Positions 1 through 14,465 of a stretch of 64,000 bases of DNA are shown in pieces. The first letter of the stretch is position 1, and each line of letters starts with the position of its first letter. The notes under the pieces are model-generated. The model did no database searches. It saw only the letters and a list, made by a program, of their open reading frames with translations, and was not told where the DNA came from. Source of the DNA: the human T2T-CHM13v2.0 reference genome, Homo sapiens; the NCBI RefSeq assembly GCF_009914755.1, contig NC_060928.1; one strand, 5' to 3'. The position numbers and the translations under genes were made by a program.

Positions 1-247
1 TTGAGATATGAAGGGGATAAGGAAATGGTGACAGCATTGCAGTCAGATGCAACAGCTCAAGCAAAGGCCCAATGGCTGGAGGGAGCAGCATGAATTCACA
101 GAACTGAGAGAAGGCCACATTGGCTGGAGCTCAGAGAGTAAAAAACGGTGGTGGGTCCCAAAGAACCTGGAGAGCCAGGCCATGCAGAGCCCTGGAGGTT
201 GTGTCAAGATTTAAGTCTTTATTGGAGGAATAGCAAGAGGCTATTGA
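1..247. mobile_element. Old L2 (LINE2)-like fragment, resuming after about 770
   Basis: Purine-rich L2-type phrases (gcaaaggccc, aaggccacattggctggagc, catgcagagccct); interrupted by an L1 3' fragment. Confidence 0.45.
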
Positions 248-757
248 ACACAAAAGCTTGTTCATGAATATCCATAGCAGCATTGTCCTTAACAGGCATA
301 AAGTGGCAACAGCCCAAAAGTCCATCACCTGGATATGTTTGTGAATGGATAAACAAAAAGTGGTCTATGTAGACCATGGAGTATTGGCCATAAAAAGGAA
401 TAAACTACTAATACATGCTACAACATGGATGAGCCTTGAAAACATTATGCTAATTAAGAGAAGCCAGACACAAAAGACTGCATATTGCATGGTTCCATTC
501 AGATGAAATATCCAGAACAGGCAAATCTACGGAGACAGAAAAGTAGGTTAGTTGTTGCCAGGAGCGAGGGAAATGGGGAAATGGTGAGTGATTATTAATG
601 GCTGCGGGGTTTCTTTCGGGGTAATAAAAATGTTCTGGAATAAGATAGTGGTGGTGGTTGCACAACTTTGTGAATATATAAAGGGTACTCTCATACACTT
701 TTGAAGTGGTAAATTTTATGAATTTCATGGTGGATGAATTATATCTCAATTTTTATA
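248..757 (+). mobile_element. L1MB-type LINE-1 3' end fragment
   Basis: atggataaacaaa..ggccataaaaaggaat..acatgctacaacatggatgagccttgaaaacattatgct..ggcaaatct; flanked by a 13-bp TSD-like pair aagaggctattga (235-247) / aagaagctattga (758-770). Confidence 0.75.
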
Positions 758-1345
758 AAGAAGCTATTGATGGTGACGAAGCGTGGCTGCATTTGATATG
801 TCCAGAGTTACATTTTGAAATGACTGCTTGGGATGCATTGTAGGGAATGGATTGGGGGTTGGAGGTTGGGGGAGCCATAGGAGTTGATGATGCAGAGACA
901 CTAGCATTTTGCGGCAGTCCAGAGAAGGAGACAGTTACAATCTGCCAGACTTTAACTGAGCTGGATTTTAAGAATGTTAGAGAAGTCAAGGATGACTCCT
1001 ACTTGTCAAGGTTGCCTGAGGCTTTGGTAGACTTCAAGCACAGTAATTTGGGCTTTTACCCAGTACATGTTTTAATAAATGGTACTCAAAATTTAAAAAA
1101 ATCAACTTATAATGGTAAATGCTATGTAAGTTTTAATTATTATAACTAATCATGATATACTTGTCTTTATGATATTCGTAATGAGAATGTGCTCTTTGAA
1201 AAATTAAAATACAATTTGTATGTGAGCTTGCAAGAGACTGTTAGAAATACTTGCTTTATGATTTCCTTTTGCCTCTAAAACTGTTTGAAATCCATTTGGA
1301 TTCATTGTGTCTCATATTGTAATTCTTTAATGATCTTATCTTTAG

Positions 1346-1454
1346 TTCCAAGAAGACGTCTGTGTCAAACGCAGGCCAATGGCTTTATGAAGAAAAGCCA
1401 CATAAAATGGATTTGCTCCATGAAAATGGTCCTCGTCCTGGTCTTCATGAAAAT
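1346..1454 (+). CDS. FAM47E: FAM47E internal coding exon (SKKTSVSNAGQWLYEEKPHKMDLLHENGPRPGLHEN); an alternative in-frame donor extends it to 1499
   Basis: Acceptor tttag at 1341-1345; open frame from 1347; donors GTATGC at 1455 and GTAAGT at 1500, both phase 0; peptide matches recalled human FAM47E. Confidence 0.9.
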
Positions 1455-1803
1455 GTATGCAAAGCAGTTAGTGACTTCTGCAAGTGGGTTACTACTTTTG
1501 TAAGTTAGTGGTAATATTTAAACCTACTTTTAAATGTCAAGCTCAAAGTTGCTTTTATTAAAAAACAGTATTGGATAAAATCTAAGTCAAATCCTCAAAG
1601 TCGTAAAGGAATCATTTTCTTCTATTATGTATAAATAGAAATATTTCTGGTAGATGAAATTTCTGGAAAGGTTGCAAACTTGCTGCTAATTTGAATGTTT
1701 ATGTTTACATCTCACATCATTGCAGCTGTTTCATATTTTTATTTTCCATTTTATTGTTAGGACTTTCTTTTCTCTCTTTCACTCCTTCAACTCATTTTTC
1801 TTA

Positions 1804-2486
<683 letters not shown>

Positions 2487-4253
2487 TCTGACATAAAGAG
2501 ACTTTTGACTCAGTTATCAAGGTCTTCCCTTGTGCGCCTTCCAAGAACCTATATAGTTGCCTATTCCTGTTCCTGAGTCTCTGTAGATGTCTAAATACCT
2601 GATGCTTTTCTTGGATTTAAGGTCTTTAGGATTTGCATTCCATGCCCCCACCCCATCTTTTGAGTGTTAGTTTTAGTCAATGTATTTTTTTTAGTACTTT
2701 AAACATCAAGCTACTTACTTCATTGGCAAGTGACTTAAATATAATTCAGATTGGTTTAAGAGAGAAAAGGGAAGCATCCAGATATAGTAGGAACTTCAGG
2801 CACAGCTGGATCCAGGTGCTGAAATATTTTTAGATGTTGTTCCTATCTTTTGGCTGTGCAACTTGGACTTCATTCTCAATCAATATTTCCCCAAGAAATG
2901 GCAAAAGTAGCCACTAAAATTTCCAAGCTTATATCCTACCAGCGAGCAACCTAAGTGTGAAGACAGCAAAGCTTTTCCATTAGGGAAAAGTCCAGGAATT
3001 ACTCTCACTGGACTAACTTGGGGCACATGCTTTTGCTTGAATTAACCATTATGATTAAGGAGATGGAATATGCTTATTGGCTAGGCCATGACACACACCT
3101 AACCCTGAAGCCAAGAGTGGGGGTGTCCAGCCCAGCTGCAACAGAGTGAGAGTGACGGACAGAGACTCCTCAGAGGGTGATTGAAGCGGGGATGCTGGAT
3201 GAAGCAGACGACGCCCACTATGCCTAGTATCCAAACTACTGCTTGTCCATAATCTGTTCAGATTGGATTGCCTGATTTCCAGCGTCCACTTCTCCCATTC
3301 CTGCTGCTGGAGGCGATTCGTCTCTCAAGGCAGGAAACTGAAGGAACCTTAGAATAAGAGTTTAGCTTCTCTGGTAACTGCCTGTAGTTTCAGACCCTGT
3401 GACCAAGCTCCCATCTTTACTGTCATCCCACAAGCTGGGTCCCTGTCTCATCACCCTGTGGGATTTTCTTCACAGCACTAGCTTATGCTTTTCCTTCCAT
3501 GCTGTTTGTTTATTTTTCACCTCATTGATTCTGCTTGCTTTATTTCTGCTTCATTATTACGTTAGCCTCGTTTTGCCTGTACTTGTCCCTTTATGTCCCT
3601 GATTCTGTTTCATGACTCCTCTCTATAAATTTTACTCCAGCCACAATGCCAGCTGCTGGTGACTTCATTCTCTCTGTGTTTCCCAGTTTCTGTTTTCCAG
3701 TGTGAGATTCTATTGAGTCTAAGATATAGCCTTGAGCCATATCATAGGTAAATGCTCAGCATACAGATTAGCTGCTCTTAATGTGCCCATCTCTACTCCC
3801 ACCAGCTGTAGCTGAGGGAAGGAAATGGTGAAGGTTGTTCTGTGTACAGAATGCGGCTGACTAAAACCGCCTCCTTCAGCAGGAGCTGTGAACCTGGCAG
3901 CTTCCATTATACAGAGTTATTGGCAGAGAAAACACTGCCATATCTACACAAGTCTGGAAAATACTTCTAGAGATGGCACCACTATAAAGTGCTGGAGAAG
4001 TTTGCTATGGATCAAACTGAATTTCCCTCGGGCTCATGATTTCCCTCACTGCTTCTTGCAAAGTCCTAAGCTGTCTCTTAATGACAAAGCCCTCCAAACC
4101 CCAAACACTTCTTGTCTTCAATGAATGCTGACTGAGCATTTTCTACCTCTCCCCAAACTACCTCTTTCCTCAGCGATGGCCCTCAGATTAAAGAAGAAAG
4201 CAAAGAGCATTTCACCGATTGCCCTCAATTCATGCAATGTGATATTCTTCCAG

Positions 4254-4454
4254 GGAATTTCGGACATCGATGAAGAGTTCATCTTGAAACAGTTTGACAT
4301 TGACTATGAGACCAAACCAAGCCATGATGCGCTCCACACGATGAAGCTAAATCAGGTTCCTCTGGAGCTAAAGCGTAGTGTGGGGCTCAGTAAACTGCAG
4401 GAGACAGAGTTCTTCCAGAAACTAGGCTATGAGAGGAAACTCCAGAAACCACAG
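4254..4454 (+). CDS. FAM47E: FAM47E coding exon (GISDIDEEFILKQFDIDYETKPSH...YERKLQKPQ)
   Basis: Acceptor ttccag ending 4253, donor GTAATT at 4455; 201 nt, phase 0-0; lies within ORF 4125..4556. Confidence 0.95.
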
Positions 4455-5701
4455 GTAATTGCAGAAGGGGACCAGACCGAAAATCAAAGAAAATTAAGTT
4501 GTATTGAAGTCTTAAAGTTCTTGAATTCTGATGTGTCATGGGTACTGGTTTTTTAAAGTAGAATTCTGGAATTTTTTTCATGATTAATATTTGTTAAATA
4601 AATGCATGTTTAATACCTATAACAAAGTCAGTTATACAAATGAGGCATGTCATTTGGGATTATTTTTAATACCTGAATAGTCATTTTCAGAGATAATTTG
4701 TTAGGTGTTTTATATGTTGGAATACTAAAAGTCAGTAGAATTATACATGAATGGTTATTATTGCAAGAGCAAAATGCTGCAATTAATTATTATGAATGCT
4801 GTTAATATTATGTCCAAAGAATTCTTAAATTTTTGCTGGAGTCTTATTGACCACAAACCATCATTCTTGACCACATGCTTGCCTAATGATTAACAAGTTT
4901 CCTCAGCACCAAGTTTCTGTAAAGATGGAAGAACAAGGTAACAGAAAGGAGAAATAACATGCCATGTTCCAAAGGGAAGTATTGTGGGCCCCTAAAGTAC
5001 TATTTACTTTTCTACAGTGTGTCACTGCAAATATATATACACAAGTCAAGTTATGTGAGTCAACAACAGATTTAAGTGCCTAAGTTGGAGGGGAGAGCCC
5101 TTCCCTGAAAATGAAAAACAATATTTTATCTCTAATTGTCTTCTGCCTTTTACACATAATCTTTGATATTATACTTCAATATTTGGGACATATTAATTTT
5201 GTCCTTTACAGTTGAACACATTTGCCAACCTATTTTGGCACACATTATGTTTCTATCCTTGACTCCATTGCATACGGTTTATGAAAACTATGCATTTCAT
5301 CATGAATATCAGCACTTTTATTTTTCCATTCTCCTTTCATCTTTCTAAAAGGTAAAATGCAAAATGGTATTAGACAGGCAAATTATGTCCATCACACCTG
5401 AGGCCTGAACCACTGCTTGTCCTGATTCTGGGCTGAATAAAATTGCTCAATTCCCTGTATTTAGAAATAGTTATGCAAACACTACTTTATAAACCATGGA
5501 AGTTATTGCCAAAATTGAGCTTTTGACTGGCAAATGGAGGGTCACTATACAAAAGTTGAAAATATATTTCCACATAATATATTTTCTCTTCTGACTAGAA
5601 GACCTCTTTTGACATTTCTTCCAGGGTGGATCTGCTGGTGATGAATTCTTTCAGCTTTTGTATGTCTGAAGACAACTTGTTCTGCCTCATTTAAAAAGAT
5701 T

Positions 5702-6067
5702 CAGTAGTCGCCTGTTATCTGTTACCTGTAGGGGTTATGTTCCAAGATCCTCCAGTGGATGCTGAAACTTTGGATAGTGCTAACTCCTATATATACTGCG
5801 TTTTTTGATATGATAACAGGCGGTTACTCAGTGACTAAGGGTGGGTAGTGTGTACAGTGTGGATACTCTGGACAAAGAGATGATCATATCCCTGGAGGAA
5901 TGGAACAAGGATGGCTTGAGATTTCATCATGCTACTGAGAATGGCTCACGATTTAATACTTATGAGTTGTTTATTTCTAGAATTTTCCATTTAATACTTC
6001 AGACCATGGTTGACCACAGGTAAATGAAAATGCAGAGAGCAAAAACATGGATAAGGGGGAATTTTGT
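5702..6067. mobile_element. MER44-like Tigger-family DNA transposon inserted into an old L1M
   Basis: Degenerate TIRs cagtagtcgcctgttatc ... gataagggggaattttg; internal gttccaagatcctccagtggatgctgaaac. Confidence 0.65.
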
Positions 6068-7810
6068 ATTTTGTGGGAAAAGAATTCTAGTTCAAAGTTA
6101 ATTCACAGTTTTAAAAATTTCACTAAAGGTCTTGCCTTCCTGTCTTCTTGGTTGTACTGTTTCTAGGAGAAATCTTATATCATCCTCATCTTCTTTTTGG
6201 GGGGATGTGCTTTTTCCTTGGATGCTTTTAATATTTTCTCTTTGTCACTGGTTTTGAGCATTTTGATTATCATAAACCTTGGTGTATCTTTCTTCATGTT
6301 TCATGTACTTGTGGCTTGTTGAGCCTTTTGGATTTGTGGGCTTATAGTTTTCATTAATTTTGGAAAATTTTGGACTATATTTCTTCAAACTTTTTTTTTG
6401 TTGTTTTTCAATCCCTTCCCAGAACTCTAATTAACTGTAATTAGGCCGCTTGAAGTTGTTTTACAGCTCACCACTGCTCTGGTCAGCTTTTTAAATTCTC
6501 TTTTCTTTTTGTGTTTCTATGGCTATGTCGTTAAATTCTCTATTTTTTTTTCTGCAATGTCTAATCTTCTGTTAATCCCATCTAGTATTTTTTTAGAATC
6601 TCCTATGTTATAATTTTTATCTCTAAAAGTTTAACTTACGTCTTTTTAATTTATATCTTCCATGTCTCAACTTCACCTTTTGCGCATAAAAAACATAGTT
6701 ATAACAATTGCTGTGATGGCATTGTTTACTGATTCTAACATCTGCATCAGTTCTGTGTCAGTTTCCACTAGGTGATTTGTCTCCTCATTATGGGTCATAC
6801 TTTCCTGAATCTCTGTGTGGCTGGTAATCTTTGATGGATGCTAGGCAGTGCTAACTTTATCTTACTGGGTGTTGACTATTTGTATTCCTATAAATATTCT
6901 TGAACTTTGTTCTGGGATGCAACCAAGTTACTTGGAAGTTTGATCCTTTTGAGTTTTGCTTTTAAGATTTGTTGGGGTTGGGTGTGGTGGCTTATGCCTG
7001 TAATCCCAGCATTTGGGGAGGCCAAGGCAGAAGTATCACTTGAAGCCAGAAGTTCAAGATCAGTTCGGGCAACATAGTGAGACCCCAGTCTCTACAAAAA
7101 AAAATTTAGAAAAGAAATTAGCTGGATGTGGTGGCATGTACCTGTAGTCCCAGCTACTTGGGAGGCTGAGGCAGGAGGATTGCTTAAGCCTAGGAGTTCA
7201 AGGCTATAGTGAGCTATGATTGTGCCACTGTACTCCAGTCTGGGTAACAGAGTGAGACTTTGTCTCTATTAAAAAAAATTTGTTGGGAAAGACCAAAGTA
7301 ATGTGGGGTAATTATTCCCTGCTATTGAGGCAAGACCCTTCTGTGTGTTCTGCCTAGTGTCCTGTGGATCTTTAGGTTTTCCAGGAGGAAGAAGGCAGTG
7401 TTCCTGGCCCTGTGTAAGTGCTGGACACTGCCCTCTTTTCCTTTTGGTTCTTTCCCTGACCATGGGTAGTTTCCTCCCACACATGCACAAAGGGTACCCT
7501 CTGAAATCTCCTGGAGTTCTCTCTCTGTGCAGCTTTTTCTTTTCTGATACTCTGTGCTGCAAACTTTCTCTGCCTTGATCTGTCTGGACTCTCGGTCCTG
7601 TCATCTCAATTCAGAGAGTCCATTGGGCTCCTCCTGGGCTCTCCCTGAAGGCAGTGAGCTAGGGCAGTCGTGAGGCTTATCTTGTTTGTCACTCAAGGAT
7701 CACTATCCTTGGTTACCCAACGTCTTGTGTCTTGCACAGTATTAATTCATGTATTTTTTTCTTGTTTTTTGATTGTTGAAGGTGGCAGGGTAAATCTGGT
7801 CCCCATTCTG
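6068..7810 (-). mobile_element. Old degenerate L1M fragment (also 5590-5700), interrupted by an Alu
   Basis: T-rich antisense L1-like sequence (ttttctctttgtcactggttttgagcattttgattat, tttggaaaattttggactat). Confidence 0.5.
6975..7278 (+). mobile_element. AluJ-like SINE
   Basis: Dimeric Alu with A-rich linker and tail; aagatttgttggg-like sequence on both flanks. Confidence 0.9.
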
Positions 7811-8539
7811 AAGTCCCTGTCTTTGTTTTCTGGGCATCCCTGTCTTTATTTTCTGACTCCACATACCCTCAGGCCTGCTAAACTGTGGTCTTTGGTGTAT
7901 GAGCTTTCCTGCCACCTTAGCCTTGCTCATAGTATTCTCGCTGCCTGGAGTGCCCCTCCTCTCCATGTCCATAGGTTCTATCTTCCTTTAGACACAGGAA
8001 GTATGCTGAGTTTTCCATGGAGCTCTTCTAGGTCGCTTGGTTGACATTAATTTGTTCTTACTTCTAATCTCTCACAGCAATCTGTGCCTCTATTTTATAT
8101 ATCTTTCTTTGCCGTCTATATTAATTCATCAATTTGTGTATGCATTTATTCAAAAACAGTAGTAGGTTTTTGAGCACCGACCACTATGTGTCCAAAAGTG
8201 CTGGGAACAAATGAAGCAAAAATGGAGGACTGTTTCCTGCACTTATGGAGATTACAGCCTAGTGGGGTCAACAGGTAAATGATTAACTATAGCGAAATGA
8301 TGTCATGGTTTGTGCAGGACATAGGAAGAGGTAATCAATTCCATCAAGCACGGGGTGAGGGCATGTTTACAAAGGCATCACAGAAGGAATTATGTTTATC
8401 TTGAGTCTGGAAAGATCACCAGTTACCCAACAACATAACATATTCCAGAATTCAAGTTCTTCAGTGTGGCAGTAATGTAGATTCCATTCCTCTCCTTCTC
8501 CCCTTTCTACCCCAATCTCTTTCCTTCCCTTTTTCATTT

Positions 8540-8805
8540 CAGTGGTTCGCATCTGAGGGCAATTTGCCCCCCTTCCTCCACCTCAGGGATATTTGGCAAT
8601 ATCTAAAGATGACATTTTTGGTTGTCACCACTTGGGGGATGCTATTAGAATCTAGTGGGTAGAAGCCAGGAATGCTGCTAAACATTCTATGATGCATGGG
8701 ACAGACAGACAGACAGACAGACACACACACACACACACACCCCTCCCCTACATACAAATAGTTCTCCAGTACCAAATGTCAATAGTGCCAAAGTTAAGAG
8801 ACCTG
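8540..8805. mobile_element. MER20 (hAT-Charlie) with an internal (GACA)n(CA)n microsatellite at about 8700-8740
   Basis: gggcaatttgcccc..atatttggcaatatct..tttggttgtcac..aaatgtcaatagtgcc motifs. Confidence 0.75.
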
Positions 8806-8968
8806 ACTTTCATTCAACAAATACTTATTAAGCACCCATTATGTCCTAAGTATTTTTCTAGATGCTAGGGAGATGTAGCTGGGAATAATTTCCGAAGCTT
8901 ATATTTTAGAGAATGAGAAGAGAGACAGACAAACGATCAGAAAATATATAGCATAGAAATGGTGATGA

Positions 8969-9340
<372 letters not shown>

Positions 9341-9902
9341 CAGGGTTACCATTTTTTAAATTGGATGGCCAGGGAAGATGCCACTGAAAAGGTGACATGA
9401 AATAGGTAAAAGAGCAAGCCATGTGTGTGTCTTGGGGAAAAACATTACAGTAGAGGGAACAGTGTGTGTAGAGGCACTGAGGCAGAAGCATGACAAGGGT
9501 GCTCTGGAAATAGCAAGGCGGTCTGTATGCTCGGAACAGAGAGATCACAATGCTGAATCCAGCTCTGGAAGAGATTTCCCTCCCGTCTCCTCTGTCCCAT
9601 TCTCTCTTTCTTGGAGCGTATCTGGCTCGACTCTAGAATGCCCCACACATTCTGCCACATAGTTTAAATGTGCATGAGAGGAGACAGAGACAGAATCTTT
9701 GTGGTTTCATGTTTCTGACACCCAAGAGTTAGACTCCCTTTTGTGGTGAGACAGTGTGGGTATTGCATTCACAGTATCAGTCTATGAACCAACAACAGGT
9801 TCTCCTAACGTCCTTGATGTGCTACTGAGGAATCGGGGAAAGAAGGGAATGAGATATGTTCATCGTCCTCTTTCTCTCTTCCAGTTATAAAGGCAAGAGC
9901 TT

Positions 9903-10311
<409 letters not shown>

Positions 10312-10389
10312 TTACTATTTTGGTTGACTGAGTATTGTTCAAGGTCTTTACCCTAGGGGGAAATATGTGATTTTTACGTGATTCCTAGC

Positions 10390-10578
10390 TGCTTTACATA
10401 CATTCTCTCCTTTAATCTTCACAACAGCCCTGTGGGGATGTATACTATTGTTATCTCCATTTTACAGATGAAGAATTTATGTAACTTGATCATGGACTCC
10501 ACCTACTAAGTTGGGGAAAGCTGGATTTGAATCCTGGTCTGTCAAAATCCAAAGGCCATGTTATTAACCACTGCATTA
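10390..10578. mobile_element. MIR
   Basis: tttaatcttcacaacagccctgtg..tctccattttacagatgaagaa..ggatttgaatcc core. Confidence 0.75.
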
Positions 10579-10767
10579 TTTTTAAATCATGAACTTTAAT
10601 GTTTACTTTGTAAAATCAAAGCATGCTGAAACTTCACAAAATACTTTGGCAAGGACCAACCTAAATTCCAAAGTAATGATCCTGCTCTCCTAAGCTAAGC
10701 TTTAGATTTTTGAAATGACAAACAAACAAAAAATCAATGGCACTGGGAATTATGTTACTTTCCACAG

Positions 10768-10923
10768 AATCCTTATAAGCCAAAGTGGGTGAAGATGAGG
10801 TATGGAGCATGGTATTTGAACCCCAAGTTGTGGAAAAAGCAAAGAGTAGACGAGCCTCTGGTTGACCCTGAGGTCTCACATAAGGCTCAAGAGGAGAATT
10901 TTAAAAAGGAGCTGCAGGAACAG
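10768..10923 (+). CDS. FAM47E: FAM47E coding exon (NPYKPKWVKMRYGAWYLNPKLWKK...KKELQEQ)
   Basis: Acceptor tccacag ending 10767, donor GTATGT at 10924; 156 nt; contains the FAM47-family KMRYGAWYL motif. Confidence 0.95.
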
Positions 10924-12962
10924 GTATGTATTTATACTGAGATTTGATCATCTGAGCTTCAGATGATCACAGTGCATCTGCCACCCTCCTACTGAACCAG
11001 ACTCTGCGGCGTAATACAAAGGCTCCTGAAAGCCCTCCACCTTGCATATTGAATTCAGCAAGGAGAAAGCTAAGTAATGTTAAGGAGAATGTGTAATAAG
11101 CAAGACTTGGAATCTCCTGGCTTTGTGGTAGACATGACATCTCTAAAGATTGGACAGCTACTCATGCTATTCCACCATTCTTGGAACAATTTATTCCAAG
11201 GATAATTGTTCAAAGGGTGGTGTGACTTGGTACGACCACCTCAGTGCCCAGAATAGATGTGCTGTCATGAGTTATCTTTGGGTAACAAAATGTGAAGCTT
11301 GTTTCCTATCAGCTATGGGTGAATGTCAAAAAATTCAAAATTTCAACCAGGAAATTTCTTTTAGGCAATTCATTTGAGTTGCAGGATCTGTCTGAGAGGA
11401 AAGGGACAAAGGTTAAGCACTGTTTGATATTGCAAAGCAACAAACACTCGCAACAAGGATGTGCTCTAATTTTACTACAGATAAACCCTGCCTGCTCATT
11501 GCTTGTGTAAAAGTAGCTAGTGGAAAGAAGATACTCATTATGGCCCTGGAAATTTGGAAATAGTGATGCAACACTTGCATAGTACTCTAATGAGGATATT
11601 TGCAAACCTCTTCTCTTTTTCAACAGACCCCAAACTTCTCCTAGATAACAGACGTGAAAACACTTTGAGAAAGTAAAATACAATACAAATTAGACTTATT
11701 ATTCTTCAGTAATCACTCATCAATTGTCTTCTTCAGATTGGAAAGCTAAGACAGGAAGGATGGTCATTTTAATCTTTTCCAGTACTGAATATAAATTCTT
11801 ATTTTCAGGTGTGAGGTATGATACAAATTTATGAGCACCCCATGTTTATATAAGTCTCAAAATTATGTAAATAATGTTTGGCAGAATTTCTTAGTATGGT
11901 TTTTGGAAAGCCTAGGTTTATGTGAATTTAATATATAACATAAAGCTATTCCAGTTGCACTTTTATTATAAAAGGTAACATCATTTTTTCTCAAATTAAA
12001 TATTTAAAAAGAAAAATAGCTACAAACTTTTGCTTTAAGGTATCTAGAGTTCTCTTTTTAAAAGCATATTCTTAATTACTAATTCTTAAAGACTTCAAAA
12101 GTTTTACAAAACATATTTCATTTTGATGACAAATGCTATAAAGATGTTTGCCAAAATGGTTACAGTGAGCTAATAAAGTAGCATTATTTAAATATAATTG
12201 ATATAACTCGTATAGTAAAAGATTGTTTATCAGGCAGTTTAGACACAGGGAGGATGCATAACAATGGAATTGTTCTACAATAATTTTTATAAATCACACC
12301 TTTTTAATACCTGAGGAATGATTTACATTATCGACTATAGGTGGCACCACCAGGCTGTGGCACCCCAGTTTACAAGACGCAGGCACTGTGGGGTACTGGT
12401 AAGAGACAGTAACTATGACAACATGACTGTCTTTCTGGGAACTCGTGAGTTTTGACTATTCTTGATAGATTTGGTTTGGAAGGTGAAATGGTTTTAAAGT
12501 ACTGAATTGAAATTATGTAAACTTATGCATCCAATTTTTAAATTAAAATAAATGTAAAGAAAAACTAAAAAGATGCATAAATATTGTAGATGTTGGGACT
12601 GATCAAATCATTTTTGATTGTCCTGTCCTTTGAAGTTAAGATCTATGATTTGTGGACATACTGTTAATCTTAACTAGGTTAGATTCCAGACATCATAGGT
12701 CAATAATTGTCTAATTGCTAAAATGTGTTGCCCATCCTTAATATGGGGATAAGGAAAAGGCTAGGGGAAGGAGAGAAAGCTGGACATCTTTAAAAGCCTT
12801 CATATTCATCAACTCATGAACATTACACACATATTCAAAAACAAGAAGGATATGGGTTAAAATGAGATACTTTATAAAGAACTAAATGCTTTTAATGAGA
12901 ACAAATATGAAATCAAGCTTCTGATGGCTGACCCCTTTCTTCAAATGTGGGTACTCTTTTAG

Positions 12963-13040
12963 GAGGAGTTACTTGCAGACCTTCACGGAACAGTTGCCTT
13001 TAAGGATTTCATTCTAAGCAGGGGCTACAGGATGCCACGT
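12963..13040 (+). CDS. FAM47E: FAM47E coding exon (EELLADLHGTVAFKDFILSRGYRMPR)
   Basis: Acceptor tttttag ending 12962, donor GTGAGT at 13041; 78 nt, phase 0-0; FAM47 C-terminal AFKDFILSxGY motif. Confidence 0.95.
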
Positions 13041-14465
13041 GTGAGTAAAGGGTCCTTTCAGAAGGCCCTGCTGAGGGGCTTCATGGCTCACAGTTGTTGA
13101 CGGGAAGAGGTTATGACCCTGACAAACCCAAATAGTTCTCTTACAGGCACATACCAAGACAGGCCCCTGGAAGAAAGGGCATGCTTCTCCCCAGACGGGG
13201 ACTCAGAGATAGGATATGGCATTTTGCCCTTTTTATTCTGCCTATTTGGTTTCTGCTACTATCAGAGATACTATTTCCCTGTGATCTTTGACTCATCTTC
13301 CTTGGATTTGGCCTCAATAGGAGGTCTATGTACAGGGCATGGGCCTTGCAAATTCCAACTGTTACTCAACACCCTGAATTCTCTAGGATGTTTTCAAGTC
13401 TCCTTTGCGTCCTGGTCTAAGGACAAAGAGCTGTGGCTTGGGTTAGGACAAAATAGCGTTGGGATTTGCAATTTCATCATTGCACTATTAGCTCTGCCTC
13501 AAGTAGAAACAGGCTAAGGCAAAAGTTCACTTCCTGGGGGGCCTGGCCAGTGTCTTCTGTCTTTCTTCCCTTTCTTCATTTCTGCCTCCTGGTTTCCCCT
13601 CACTAACTTGTAAAGCTGGCCCCAGCATCTCCACACAATGTGGTCCCCCTTTGGACAATCACTTGTAACAGGGTTGGGGTGGGAGGTTGGCAGAAGGGAA
13701 CATGGAGCGGGAGGGCCTGCTGCCTCGAGCAGTGTGCCCAGATCAGCCCTGTCACTGCAGCAGGAGACTAGATAGGCATCTGGGGCTGAAGTCATAGCTG
13801 ATAATGTCAAGCATTTGTCCACTGTCCTCTGTGTGCACGTACCTTGGGGTCTTTAGGGGACAGTGCAACTGAGATGGTCAGAAGTTTCTGGAAATGGGAG
13901 ATTTGATTTCTGTTTTTCCAAGAGTGATAGAACTAACAATAGCTGATACTGCTAGCAAATAAATGTAGGACAAAGTTCAGAATCAGACTGGTTTCAAAGT
14001 TAAATCAGGCAAGTCTAGAGCATGAGATGGAGATTTGAGACTGGGAAACTCCATTATAGAACTGGTTTGGAGGAACTCCTTTAGCTTTGAACATCAATAC
14101 TAGGTCTGCTAGATATATTTAATATACAAATAACTGCCTAATCTGTATATAAGGTTTGCATAACTATATTTATATATAATATATAAAATATAAAATATGC
14201 ATCTATAGCTTTAATATTACATAATTATGTGTTTACGAGTCCATATTAGATATGTAAAGATGTACTTCTGTGGTATATGTGTGTGTATATATAAATCCTT
14301 ATTTGCCGTTGATATTATTGTGGCTCATTTTTGTATCTTAACATTTTTAGTGGCAAAACACCCTTCTTTTTTTCATTTTGATGTGTTCCCTATTGATTTA
14401 ATCCATACTGTTCATGAACATTTAGTTCAGTTTTGGGCAAAAGGAAGCATGCCTGACACACTGGC

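Noticed and set aside
847-1149. 100-aa ORF upstream of the first FAM47E exon
   Set aside because: Largely L2-derived sequence; no convincing splice sites linking it to the FAM47E frame.
13032-13034. Met codon in FAM47E GYRMPR, where I vaguely recall Thr
   Set aside because: Recollection too uncertain; at most an ordinary missense polymorphism, and it needs alignment to the reference.
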